38,664 bases of DNA from assembly GCA_002505685.1 (NCBI GenBank), contig DAVT01000069.1, positions 1 through 38,664 of the forward strand, in the 5' to 3' direction. Below the pieces are notes generated by a model. The model did not search any database. It had not been told where the DNA came from and was given only the letters and a program-made list of their open reading frames with translations. Positions within the stretch are counted from its first letter, which is position 1. Each line of letters opens with the position of its first letter. Position numbers and translations under genes: made by a program. The DNA is from Euryarchaeota archaeon UBA501 (GTDB lineage Archaea > Thermoplasmatota > Poseidoniia > Poseidoniales > Thalassarchaeaceae). Positions 18,537 through 27,602 of this stretch are shown one piece after another.

Positions 18537-19820
18537 TCACCATCCACAGGGTTCAAGGTGGGTTTTTCCACCCATTCGTGGTACCAAGCAATCGGGTACC
18601 TTGACACGGCCATCTTCAAGCTGGTATTGTTCCATGATTGCCACAAGGGCTCGACTAGTTGCGACGGCTGTTGAATTGAGTGTATGAACGGCTGCATTAC
18701 CGTCGGTTGTCCGGTAGCGCATCTTGAGGCGATTCGCTTGATAATCGGTGCAATTTGAACAAGATACGATTTCCTTATATTCTCCTCGTCCAGGCAACCA
18801 TGCTTCCAAGTCGTATTTCTTCGCAGCCACAGTTCCCATGTCTCCAGTGCAGATATTTACAACCTCATAATGAAGCCCGAGACTGTCCCACAAATCGACA
18901 CAATTGGTCAGCAATTCTTCGTGTGCAACCCATGAATGGTCTGGATGAGATATGATGATTTGCTCCACCTTGGTGAATTGATGTACCCTCCAAATCCCCT
19001 TGTCACCTTGGCCATGTGCGCCGACTTCTCTTCGGAAACAAGGGGATACACCCACCATTTTGATGGGTAGAAGACTGGGTTCAATCACTTCATCCATGAA
19101 CATCGCTGTGAGTGGATGTTCGCTGGTTGCAATCGTGTAGAACCCTTCGGGCTGCACATTGTACATTACCGATTCAAAGTCCCCGAGATCAGTCACACCT
19201 TCGTACGCCTCACGATTCATCATAACAGGTGGTTGGACAAAGGTAAATCCACGTTCGGCAATGAAATCGACAGCATATTGCTGCAAGGCCAATTCCAAAT
19301 GTGCAAGGTCCCCCTTGAGGAAGAAGAATCGACTTCCAGCGATTTTTGCTGCACGGGGAAGGTCCACCCATCGGTTCATCTCAATGAGTTCGTTATGGGT
19401 CCTAGGTTGGAATTCAAACGCCGGTTTGTCTCCGTGCAGACTATGTTGGGTGTTCCCACTTTCGTCTTCTCCGACGGGAACATCACCATGGAGAATATTA
19501 GGTACTGACATTCGGATTCGGTCTCTTTCCATTTCGTGTTCGTCCGCTAGTTTACCAAGAGCTTCTATTTCAGCAGCGATTTCATCGACCTCAGCCTTAA
19601 TTCGCTTGAATCCCTCTTCATCACCGGCTTTCTTTGCGGCTGCAATTCCTCGCGCCGCCTCGTTGCGTTTTCTTCGGAGTTGGTCAGCATCATAGCGGGC
19701 TTTCCTCCACGCTTCGTCTAAACGAATGACCTCGTCAATGGATTCATGCGTCAAGCCCCGTTTATCGTGATCTGCACGAATCACATCTGCGTGTTCTCGG
19801 AACATTCGAATGTCCTGCAT
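18537..19820 (-). CDS. serS: Seryl-tRNA synthetase
   Basis: N-terminal coiled-coil arm, class II motif 2 region FRREVGAHG, SCSNCTDYQANRL, and motif 3 region ATSRALVAIME. Confidence 0.95.
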   Translation of the reverse strand: MQDIRMFREHADVIRADHDKRGLTHESIDEVIRLDEAWRKARYDADQLRRKRNEAARGIAAAKKAGDEEGFKRIKAEVDEIAAEIEALGKLADEHEMERDRIRMSVPNILHGDVPVGEDESGNTQHSLHGDKPAFEFQPRTHNELIEMNRWVDLPRAAKIAGSRFFFLKGDLAHLELALQQYAVDFIAERGFTFVQPPVMMNREAYEGVTDLGDFESVMYNVQPEGFYTIATSEHPLTAMFMDEVIEPSLLPIKMVGVSPCFRREVGAHGQGDKGIWRVHQFTKVEQIIISHPDHSWVAHEELLTNCVDLWDSLGLHYEVVNICTGDMGTVAAKKYDLEAWLPGRGEYKEIVSCSNCTDYQANRLKMRYRTTDGNAAVHTLNSTAVATSRALVAIMEQYQLEDGRVKVPDCLVPRMGGKTHLEPCGW

Positions 19821-19847
19821 GGAACCCCTCCGGTTCCTACGGAACCG
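19821..19847 (-). promoter_or_regulatory. Three-segment alternative-pairing element in the serS leader
   Basis: The minus-strand RNA reads CGGUUCC-GUA-GGAACCG-GAGG-GGUUCC-AUG. The middle segment can pair with either flank, and the SD GGAGG lies between segments 2 and 3. Confidence 0.5.
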
Positions 19848-19873
19848 TACTTCATGCTTGAAAGCGACGGAGA

Positions 19874-22030
19874 TTAGAACAGACTGATGTCGAAAACAAA
19901 GGCTGAACTACCGATGAAGATCATTCCAGAGATGAAGTAACCCAGAATTGCTCCACCATTGAGCAAAGGCAATCCCGCTTGTGGCTTACCACGGGCCACA
20001 TACGTCATCAGAATGCAATAACCGACCAAACTCCCAATCATGGTTCCAATCGCCACCCAGATTGGTGCAGACCATCCAAGGGGCCCTTCGACATCTGGGA
20101 GGAAAGACATCGCCGAAATGCATAGCAGTCCAGGGAATATGACATCACCCAAACCCATCAGCATAGTTTCGTCTAAGCCCTTCCTCGGTGGCATTGGCAT
20201 TTCGGAGGTAGATGTTTCTCTCCGGTCGATTTTCACCCTCCCTCGAGTTGGTTTCTGAGGAGCTACCAACATTACTGGCAATTCCAAATTGACCATGGTA
20301 TCGGCCAACTCAAGCATATGTTTGGATTTGTATACTGCCCATGCGTCATAGATGGCTGCAAGTACCATGAAGATGATGATAATCCAAGGTACGAATGAGA
20401 CTCCAAGCATTGTGATTGTTCCGGCCCCCACCAGCACTCCAACCGTATTGATCACATACCATTCAGGACGTATGATTAGTGCAATCAACAAACCAATTGA
20501 CATCACTAGTGCAATCAATCCAGGTAATGTGTAGATTAGGAATTGGCTAGTATCACTTGGGTGAGCAGTGTACTGCATTGAGGTCCATTCTCCGTACTGC
20601 TCAATCATCAAGATAGCATCATCATTGGTTGAATCTGGATTTTCGATATTGTGAAGCGCCATTGAAATCCGAGGATCGTCCCCTCCAACCTCAAGGCTGC
20701 GCGTGAGTTCAGACATTCCACCGCCCATGAAAATTCTAAGATGGTCACCTTCGATGACCCAGAGATCATTGCTTCCTCCTGAGCAACAATCAGCGAGTAG
20801 TACTCCTCGAACCGAATCCGAAAGTTCCATGGTCATGCGATCTTCGACAGTTCCGTTTTCATGGACATCCCACCCCATCACTCGTCCTTGTGAGGTACCA
20901 AGCAACAGTGTATCCTGCCCCGAGACATTGATTCCAGGCATTGCACCCAGAGTCGCTGTAGCGAATGATTCTCCGTCGCTGAGAGTGATGTCCCAAGTAG
21001 TCTCAACTTGTTCACCAGGTTGTGCTTGTTCTTGTTGCCCTTGTGTTGGGAATTTTACCATACCAGCCCATTGCGGTGATACAATCAAGAAATGTTCTGA
21101 TCCAAATTCTTGAACAAAGATGACTGATTTACCATCAAATGCTTCGGGGAATAGCCAACCATCGCCACAATCTCGTGGCCCAATATCTCCATCATTGATG
21201 ACGGGAATCGGTTCAAGAACGATATCCGTGATGGACCAATCTTGAGCAATGTCATCTTGCCCATCACAAGATTCCCATTTCCAATCTTGCGTTGGTTGTT
21301 CTGGAACAGTGACTTCCTGCCTCAACCCAACATCACAGTCCTTGGTGTGAATATCGATAACATCTCCAGAATCCGCATCAAGCAGAACCCATTGTGTACC
21401 TTCACACATCACAATACCGTCAGCCGAACGGGTGAGTTCTACCGGGCCCGAAACAAATCCATCTTCAGGGGTGATGTTGTGGCTCCAATACTCAATTTCT
21501 CCAGCATTTCCGGCATACTCAAGTGTTGCATTCCCGGACATTGGGTAGTCGACATAGAAGAAATTGGCCCCACCTTCCTCCACGGCTACAATGTATGATT
21601 CAGACACGTCCATGTCATTCGATGTCAATGGAGGAGCCTCTGGGACCAAGACCATGGCTGCCAAGGGATATAGTGTGTATATCATCGCAATCCATAGAAT
21701 GCCAAGTACGCCCCACTTGATGAATTTCTGTAAATTTCTTCTTGCAAGATAGATTATGAGTGCAGTAAAGAGAAAGATGAACACGAGTTCGATGAGGATA
21801 AACCCTGCCTTTGTTGAACCTTCAGCTCCAAATGCACGAATCTCATCATGATTGTAAAAAGGTTGAATTTTCATTGCCAAAAGAATGGTGACGACAAACA
21901 TTCCCGCCATTCCTACCATCGAGCCAGCCTGTGCTTTGAGTTGTTCTAACAGGGAAGCATCTTGGTGTGCAGACTTGCTCTGTTCTGCAGCATCAGCACG
22001 CCGCTTCGCGGCGAATCCGTCACCCGACAT
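19874..22030 (-). CDS. Presenilin / signal-peptide-peptidase family (A22, GxGD) intramembrane aspartyl protease with a large inserted extracytoplasmic domain
   Basis: YD motif (AAIYDAWAVY), GxGD motif (LMGLGDVIFPGL) and a PAL-like QAGLPLL sit in successive C-terminal TM helices. There are three N-terminal TM helices, then a roughly 350-aa Cys-containing hydrophilic segment, then six more TM helices. The first ATG is at 22030; the ORF-track start at 22060 is a TTG. Confidence 0.7.
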   Translation of the reverse strand: MSGDGFAAKRRADAAEQSKSAHQDASLLEQLKAQAGSMVGMAGMFVVTILLAMKIQPFYNHDEIRAFGAEGSTKAGFILIELVFIFLFTALIIYLARRNLQKFIKWGVLGILWIAMIYTLYPLAAMVLVPEAPPLTSNDMDVSESYIVAVEEGGANFFYVDYPMSGNATLEYAGNAGEIEYWSHNITPEDGFVSGPVELTRSADGIVMCEGTQWVLLDADSGDVIDIHTKDCDVGLRQEVTVPEQPTQDWKWESCDGQDDIAQDWSITDIVLEPIPVINDGDIGPRDCGDGWLFPEAFDGKSVIFVQEFGSEHFLIVSPQWAGMVKFPTQGQQEQAQPGEQVETTWDITLSDGESFATATLGAMPGINVSGQDTLLLGTSQGRVMGWDVHENGTVEDRMTMELSDSVRGVLLADCCSGGSNDLWVIEGDHLRIFMGGGMSELTRSLEVGGDDPRISMALHNIENPDSTNDDAILMIEQYGEWTSMQYTAHPSDTSQFLIYTLPGLIALVMSIGLLIALIIRPEWYVINTVGVLVGAGTITMLGVSFVPWIIIIFMVLAAIYDAWAVYKSKHMLELADTMVNLELPVMLVAPQKPTRGRVKIDRRETSTSEMPMPPRKGLDETMLMGLGDVIFPGLLCISAMSFLPDVEGPLGWSAPIWVAIGTMIGSLVGYCILMTYVARGKPQAGLPLLNGGAILGYFISGMIFIGSSAFVFDISLF

Positions 22031-22093
22031 GTCTTGGGGGACCCTCAAAGGCCATTTCAAGGCGACCGTTCACCGGAGGTCTGAGGGGGACGT

Positions 22094-23467
22094 ATGGAAG
22101 TTGATGCATGGTCTTGGTTGGAATCCCTCAAATCGTTTGGTTACAATCCATCCTTAGACAATACTGCGTTGCTTCTCAGCCGTCTAGATATGCCCCAGCA
22201 TTCCTTCCCAGCAGTGCATGTTGCAGGCAGTAATGGAAAAGGGACATGCTGTGCTATTTTGGCCAATGCGTTGACTCTATCGGGAACTTGCACAGGATTG
22301 TTCACATCTCCTCATTTGATTTCTGTCAATGAAAGAATCCGTGTAGATGGGGCGCCTATAACAGATATTTTGTTTGAGGATTGTTTGACTCAAATTCAGA
22401 AAGTATCGAAAATTGAGCCAATCGTGAATCCAACATTCTACGAGACCACCTTCTTGGTGGCGATGTTGGCATTCAGGGAAATGGGCGTACAAAGAGCCGT
22501 CATAGAAACTGGTTTGGGCGGTCGATGGGACGCTACTAGATTGGTAGATGCAGATTGTTGTATTCTAACTGAGATTTCCTTAGAGCACACAGACATATTG
22601 GGTGAAACATTGGCAGAAATAGCTGAGGAAAAAGCAGCCATTGTCCGACAGGGTAGACCCTTCATCGCTGCATGGCCCTATGACACGTCGGTGCGCAAAG
22701 TAATCGAACGCACAGTTCGCGATCACGATTGGGCGTGGTGGTGGAGGGGGGACCGCCTTGAATCCGTCAAGTTTTCAGAAGCCGTCAAGGCATTCCGACC
22801 CCTTACAACGAAGGAGTTCGACGGATGGATTCCTTACCAAAAAGAGGCTGCAATGTTGGCAAAATCCGCTCTCCATCGAGTTGGTGAATTTGCAGCCTAC
22901 GAGGCAGTCGAGCGCGCCATCACTCATACAAATTGGCCAGGCAGAATGCAATGGCTGGAATATCAAGATACACCACTGCTCCTAGATTGCGCACACAATC
23001 CCAGCGGAATGGCAAGAGCGTGCGAGCAAATACGTTTTCAGAAGACAAAAGATATGTCTCCAATGCCGGGTGTAATTTTGATTGGTTGTACAACGCAGAA
23101 AGATCTCAGTATATTTCTACAACCCCTCGTCGAAACAATCGTTGAAGGAAACATTGGACATGTATTCGTGACACAACCTCCAGATGGAAGAAAAGAGGCA
23201 GTAGATTGTGAGGAACTCGCCAGCGAACTGCGTGCACATGGGACGGAAGCAGAGATAATTGCTATCCAATCAATTGAGCACGCCCTGAACGAAGCGCAGA
23301 AACAATCGATTGAACTGGATAGTGAATTACCCCAACCCATTCTTTGCATCGGCAGCGTTTACCTGATTGGTGCCATTCTGAAATTAATCGATGAAGATGG
23401 ATTGATGGAATTTCAGAATATACTGGTAGCTCCCAAGGGTGAGGATGGTATCGACCCTGTTGCGTAA
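22094..23467 (+). CDS. folC: Folylpolyglutamate synthase / dihydrofolate synthase (Mur ligase family)
   Basis: P-loop HVAGSNGKGTC, FTSPHLISVNERI, and the size and layout of FolC. GAGGGGG precedes the ATG. Confidence 0.85.
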   Translation: MEVDAWSWLESLKSFGYNPSLDNTALLLSRLDMPQHSFPAVHVAGSNGKGTCCAILANALTLSGTCTGLFTSPHLISVNERIRVDGAPITDILFEDCLTQIQKVSKIEPIVNPTFYETTFLVAMLAFREMGVQRAVIETGLGGRWDATRLVDADCCILTEISLEHTDILGETLAEIAEEKAAIVRQGRPFIAAWPYDTSVRKVIERTVRDHDWAWWWRGDRLESVKFSEAVKAFRPLTTKEFDGWIPYQKEAAMLAKSALHRVGEFAAYEAVERAITHTNWPGRMQWLEYQDTPLLLDCAHNPSGMARACEQIRFQKTKDMSPMPGVILIGCTTQKDLSIFLQPLVETIVEGNIGHVFVTQPPDGRKEAVDCEELASELRAHGTEAEIIAIQSIEHALNEAQKQSIELDSELPQPILCIGSVYLIGAILKLIDEDGLMEFQNILVAPKGEDGIDPVA

Positions 23468-23484
23468 GAAGTCTCAAACGGTGA

Positions 23485-23497
23485 ATGCCGTAGGCAT
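23485..23497 (+). terminator. Hairpin ATGCC-GTA-GGCAT downstream of folC
   Basis: 5-bp perfect inverted repeat with a GTA loop, 18 nt after the folC stop and 15 nt before the deaminase ATG. The SD AGGTGG lies outside the hairpin. Confidence 0.35.
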
Positions 23498-23511
23498 GGC
23501 TAGGTGGACCG

Positions 23512-23949
23512 ATGAGTTCAAAGTGGGATAAGCGATTTATCGAACTCGCTCACCATATATCGGGTTGGTCTAAAGATCCTTCAACAAAAGTTGGATGCGT
23601 AGTTGTCGGTGAGGATCGAGAAATTCGCAGCACAGGTTTCAATGGATTTCCAAGAGGAATTGCAGATGATTCCGAGCGTTTGGAAGATCGTGAGCAAAAG
23701 TACCCACTCATTTGTCATGCGGAAGAAAATGCAATCATGCATGCAGCCCGTATTGGTTTGTCACTGAAGGGTTGTACTGCTTACGTCACTTGGCCACCCT
23801 GTACCCGTTGTGCCCGTTCCCTAATTCAGGCAGGTGTCGTCGAAGTTGTGTATCCAGAAAATAGCGAAGTTCCTGAGCGTTGGATGCAGGATTTCGACAT
23901 GTCTACTTCCATGATGGAAGAGGCAGGAATCACGATTCGGCAGGCCTGA
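23512..23949 (+). CDS. dCMP deaminase (cytidine/deoxycytidylate deaminase zinc-binding family)
   Basis: CHAEENAI (H-A-E zinc/catalytic motif) and PCTRCA (PCxxC). Length is 145 aa. Confidence 0.9.
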   Translation: MSSKWDKRFIELAHHISGWSKDPSTKVGCVVVGEDREIRSTGFNGFPRGIADDSERLEDREQKYPLICHAEENAIMHAARIGLSLKGCTAYVTWPPCTRCARSLIQAGVVEVVYPENSEVPERWMQDFDMSTSMMEEAGITIRQA

Positions 23950-24478
23950 GAAGTAGTTCTAAAGACGCTCGCAATTCTTCTGAATCACCATCATTGATGA
24001 TGACGATATCCGCCATTTCTGCCGTCGCAATCAATGCCTGTCCACTGTCATCTTTAGCCTTCAATTCAGACTCTTCTTGAGCCACAAATGTTTCCCAATC
24101 CGCTGGGTCACCAGAGCGACCGCGTGATTGCAACCTTTCCCAGCGAACTTCACGTGAGGCTCGGATTTCGATCAATCTGAAATCCGGTCGTATTCGCAAT
24201 GCTTCCACTTCAGCAGGTGTTCGAATTGAGTCGATAACCAAATTTGGTGTCTCTGAATGTTCATCTCTCAGCATTTCCGCCAATATACCCGGGCCATGGG
24301 TGGCTCGAAGTTCGCGGCCCCCTTCAATCAGGTTTTCGCGATTAATTTCGACTCCTTTAGAACGAAGATGAGCACGAATTGAATCCGAACAGGAGGTTGA
24401 GTAGTACCCATTTTCTACTAACCAATCGACAACTGTGGTCTTTCCTGAGGCATTTCGCCCGGTCAGTCCGAACCACAT
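23930..24478 (-). CDS. UPF0200-type archaeal P-loop nucleotide kinase (CoaE/adenylate-kinase-like fold)
   Basis: P-loop GLTGRNASGKTT, VIDSIRTPAEVE, RGRSGDPADWETF and ADIVIINDGDSEEL match the methanogen UPF0200 pattern as I recall it. The 3' end overlaps the deaminase 3' end by 20 nt. Confidence 0.65.
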   Translation of the reverse strand: MWFGLTGRNASGKTTVVDWLVENGYYSTSCSDSIRAHLRSKGVEINRENLIEGGRELRATHGPGILAEMLRDEHSETPNLVIDSIRTPAEVEALRIRPDFRLIEIRASREVRWERLQSRGRSGDPADWETFVAQEESELKAKDDSGQALIATAEMADIVIINDGDSEELRASLELLLRPAES

Positions 24479-24514
24479 TGAACCCCTGTCCGAGTCCGAT
24501 GTCCATGAGGATTG

Positions 24515-27500
24515 CTAACCCCAGAAGCGACGAGTTTTCGCATACTGTACCTCAGCTTCATGAATCGCTTTCAGTAAGGAATCACGATCACACCCGGGTG
24601 GATGTGCACGGAGAATTCGGGTCGCCACCTCTTCACCAACCCCTCTAGCCATGAGGCAAAGAATAGCATCTAATCCTCGATTTTTGACCATCTCAGCGTT
24701 TCTCATCATTCGATTACGAGTTTTTTCATCATCTGAAGCAACCCATTTTGACAACTCATTACTCAATCCTTCTCTAGCCACTGCGCGCATGGTTGCTTGG
24801 CAAATTACACAGGTTCGATCTAAGTTTTGGAATCGTGCTACCCGAACACGAGTAGGGGATTTACAGCGCAAACAAATCATGGCAATTCTTTCATTCATCA
24901 ATCGAGCCTCCAACCTCCTTCGTACTTCGACGTTGGACCAGTCGGGCAATTGCATATCTCTCTCAGAGCGAGGGGAAACACCCAGTCCCCCAGGGGCCCT
25001 CTGTTCAACGATGACATTTCCATCATGAATTGCGTGGAGTAAATCGACAGTACCCTCAACATCCATACGCTCGTTGAATAATTTGTCCAACGCTTCTTCC
25101 ATCAAGGGTGTATCTTTGTACCTCTGTGCTATTCCATTGAGGTTGACCTTTCTAGGGTCGACTCCTGAGCGAAGCACCCCCATTACTTTGCAAACTTGTA
25201 CAAGTCGCCATCGTAGTTGACGCCCATTTGGTATTGTCACCCGAAGGATCGTAGGCAGGTTTTCGGGATTCGTTTGTGTCAACCAATTCACAACATGTTT
25301 CGCGGTCAATCCAGGTACTTGCAGACTAATTCGGTATGGGTCGACCAACACTCTACCCATTCTTCCATCAATGGTCGAAGCCATGGCTTGCAAAAAGTGT
25401 GCGAGTGTTTCATTGATTCTGCTTCCGTGGCACGAATGGACGATAATTGCATCCTTCCTAGTTTCCACATCTAGGTGATGTTCATCGGGTAGATTTCCTG
25501 AAGCATCGACATGTTCGATAACTTTGTTTACCAATTTTGATAGTGCATCATTGGCCAATGGATAGTCCTCAATGTCACAATCTGGGGCCTTGCCTCCGAT
25601 TCGATCCAATCGGATTCCGTCTCCGATAGTTTCTGACACAGCCCCAGTAGTCAATTCCAAAATGGACCTTCTCAATTGTCCAACTTCTCTAGCGATTTCA
25701 GCAGGTACCGGTGGCAATTCTCCACTCCACACAGGTGCGGTTCCACCTTTTCCAACAGGTGCTACAATCAATTCTGATTTTGCTGGGTCAGCCTCCACAA
25801 TTTCCCAAGTTCTGCCCACGATTACGAAACGCCGTGGGGCTCCATCAGTTTCCTCACCGGAGTTGTTCAATGATAGCACAAACGCTTCATCTACCGAACC
25901 GATTGCGCGCCTAGACACCATGTCACGTACCGTGTATCTCTGTGCATCTGGTATCATAGATAGATGCTCTAGCATGTATGAACGAGTTCTCGCACCTGCT
26001 GATGTCCATCCACCTCTGAGATGTTTTGGCAGTAATTTCCTAATTTCCTTCCGCCATTTGTTAAGTGTTTCATCTGACTGTTGTTCAATGTCCTCTTTGC
26101 TTGGCTTTTTTTCTGGTAGATTTGTTCCTTTAGCCAAACTCTTCCAAAGAGATGGTGCCCATTCAAGTGGGTCCGATGTATCGGGATTTTCGACCAATCG
26201 TATCAGCCATCGATCGTCCAAAATGTGTGCCAAATCGAGAGTATCCTTTGCAGTCCATTGCTGAAAAATTGCAGTACGTTGGAAGATTTCAGTCGTTGCA
26301 GAGAGGGGCACAATACCTTCTGAAAGGGTCATCATTACCATTTGGTTAGCCGCGACAACCCGGGGCATTGTACGCCATCGCACCCCCTCAATTTGTCCAG
26401 CAATTGCGCGACGAGCGATGACCGCTGCTTCTGCAATTTCGTCATGTTCCCAAGCAATCAAATCACCTCGACCGGTTCCTCCCAAAACGTGCTCAGCTCT
26501 CCCAAGACGTTGCAATAATCGATCTACTGCTCTAGGAGATTGAATCTGATGAACATGCCGAATCGCTCCAACATCAATTCCCAATTCCAAACTGCTCGTG
26601 CATACCAATGCGTGCAATTCTCCATTTTGTAATCGATCTTCCATTTCCCTTCGTAAGTCTGCTGAAAGTGAGCCATGGTGGATGCCAATTTCCAGTGAAT
26701 CATCAAAGGTTGCCAATCTACTGGCTACAGTTTCTGCGGCGTTTCGACTGTTAACAAAGACGAGTGCAGGAGCATCTTCTTTGAGCCTTGATGCCAACAT
26801 ACGCAAACTCGCCATGGCTTGAGGTGAGCTATTGTGTTCCAATGCAATGGCTTCATCAGATTCCTTTGGCATTGAACAGGTGATTCTCACCTCGGTATTT
26901 CTTGGTGCATCTGCCACGATGTGTTCGCCATTGCTTGGGGATAGCCAAGATGCAACCTCGGCGGGGTTTCCAACAGTTGCTGATAATCCAATTCGCTGAA
27001 TTGGTCGTTTAGCCATTTCTTCAATTCTCGCCAACCCCACGAGCAGTTGTGATCCTCTCTCAGAAGCAGCCAATTCGTGTACTTCGTCGACAACAATCGC
27101 ATGAACATTTTTCAGATGCTCTCGCAATCGCTTACCTGTCAACATAATTTGCAATGTTTCAGGTGTCGTCACAAGAAGATGAGGTGGGTTTTTTGATTGA
27201 CGGTTCCGCTCCGCTTGCGGTGTATCCCCATGGCGCAACCCCACAGTCAAACCCAGCAATGTTGCCAAACCATCCAACCTTCGGTCGATGTCTCGATTCA
27301 ATGCGCGTAGTGGTGTGACGTACAGGATTGACATCCGCCCCCATTGCTGAGAGTAGCATGAAGATAGAATTGGCAATACTGCCGCTTCAGTTTTACCCGA
27401 TCCAGTTGGGGCAACAAGTAGTCTGTGCTTTCCACCGAGTAGAGGTTCCATTGCAACTTGCTGAATTGGAGTTGGCTCCCATTTCTCCGAATGAAGATGA

Positions 27501-27538
27501 TCGGCCAATGGTTTGCAAAGCATACCATAGACAGACAT
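24515..27538 (-). CDS. lhr: Lhr-type large superfamily-2 DEAD/DEAH helicase
   Basis: Motif I APTGSGKTEAA, motif II VVDEVHEL, motif III SATVGN, motif VI QRLGRAEH, and a long DEAD-associated C-terminal region with the Cys cluster CLRCKS...CVIC. Confidence 0.9.
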   Translation of the reverse strand: MSVYGMLCKPLADHLHSEKWEPTPIQQVAMEPLLGGKHRLLVAPTGSGKTEAAVLPILSSCYSQQWGRMSILYVTPLRALNRDIDRRLDGLATLLGLTVGLRHGDTPQAERNRQSKNPPHLLVTTPETLQIMLTGKRLREHLKNVHAIVVDEVHELAASERGSQLLVGLARIEEMAKRPIQRIGLSATVGNPAEVASWLSPSNGEHIVADAPRNTEVRITCSMPKESDEAIALEHNSSPQAMASLRMLASRLKEDAPALVFVNSRNAAETVASRLATFDDSLEIGIHHGSLSADLRREMEDRLQNGELHALVCTSSLELGIDVGAIRHVHQIQSPRAVDRLLQRLGRAEHVLGGTGRGDLIAWEHDEIAEAAVIARRAIAGQIEGVRWRTMPRVVAANQMVMMTLSEGIVPLSATTEIFQRTAIFQQWTAKDTLDLAHILDDRWLIRLVENPDTSDPLEWAPSLWKSLAKGTNLPEKKPSKEDIEQQSDETLNKWRKEIRKLLPKHLRGGWTSAGARTRSYMLEHLSMIPDAQRYTVRDMVSRRAIGSVDEAFVLSLNNSGEETDGAPRRFVIVGRTWEIVEADPAKSELIVAPVGKGGTAPVWSGELPPVPAEIAREVGQLRRSILELTTGAVSETIGDGIRLDRIGGKAPDCDIEDYPLANDALSKLVNKVIEHVDASGNLPDEHHLDVETRKDAIIVHSCHGSRINETLAHFLQAMASTIDGRMGRVLVDPYRISLQVPGLTAKHVVNWLTQTNPENLPTILRVTIPNGRQLRWRLVQVCKVMGVLRSGVDPRKVNLNGIAQRYKDTPLMEEALDKLFNERMDVEGTVDLLHAIHDGNVIVEQRAPGGLGVSPRSERDMQLPDWSNVEVRRRLEARLMNERIAMICLRCKSPTRVRVARFQNLDRTCVICQATMRAVAREGLSNELSKWVASDDEKTRNRMMRNAEMVKNRGLDAILCLMARGVGEEVATRILRAHPPGCDRDSLLKAIHEAEVQYAKTRRFWG

Positions 27539-27570
27539 CGCCCTTCCCCGTAGGGGATGGGCGAAGGGCG
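27539..27570 (-). promoter_or_regulatory. Nested hairpin abutting the lhr start codon
   Basis: The plus strand reads CGCCCTTC-CCC-GTA-GGGG-ATGGGC-GAAGGGCG, with a perfect 8-bp outer stem and an inner CCC/GGG stem with a GTA loop. An alternative CCCTTCCCC/GGGGATGGG stem is also possible. The element ends at the base before the ATG at 27538 and starts about 30 nt after the upstream stop. Confidence 0.5.
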
Positions 27571-27602
27571 TGTGATTTCAATACGCCGAATGAAATCTAG
27601 AG

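Noticed and set aside
22031-22093. I examined the divergent spacer between the presenilin-like gene and folC for a member of the hairpin family.
   Set aside because: Only weak or imperfect complementarities (GACC...GGTC, CCTC...GGAGG) are present. There is no perfect stem of 5 bp or more with a 3-4 nt loop, so it was not counted.
23512-24478. I considered whether the dCMP deaminase plus P-loop kinase pair is a nucleotide-depletion anti-phage module, since defensive dCTP deaminases carry a kinase-like domain.
   Set aside because: The two genes are convergent and overlap at their 3' ends, so they are not an operon or a fusion. The deaminase is a minimal 145-aa housekeeping-type enzyme next to folC, and the kinase matches the widely conserved archaeal UPF0200 family.
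24479-24517. The lhr TAG is followed in frame by 12 sense codons and then the kinase ATG. The aminotransferase/SDR-like and accC/accB pairs have similar same-frame junctions. I considered these as evidence for stop-codon recoding or read-through.
   Set aside because: About one third of adjacent co-directional genes share a frame by chance, and the spacers are too short to accumulate extra stops. Three such cases among roughly 18 co-directional junctions is not an excess. TGA, TAG and TAA are all used as clear terminators elsewhere in the window.
25572-26264. A 230-aa plus-strand ORF and many other 60-180 aa ORFs, for example 19159-19695, 17116-17544, 12717-13073, 20703-21113 and 9945-10307.
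   Set aside because: All lie antisense to or out of frame within strongly supported genes. They have Ser/Pro/Arg/Cys-rich, low-information translations and lack SD sequences. They are typical shadow ORFs of a mid-GC genome.
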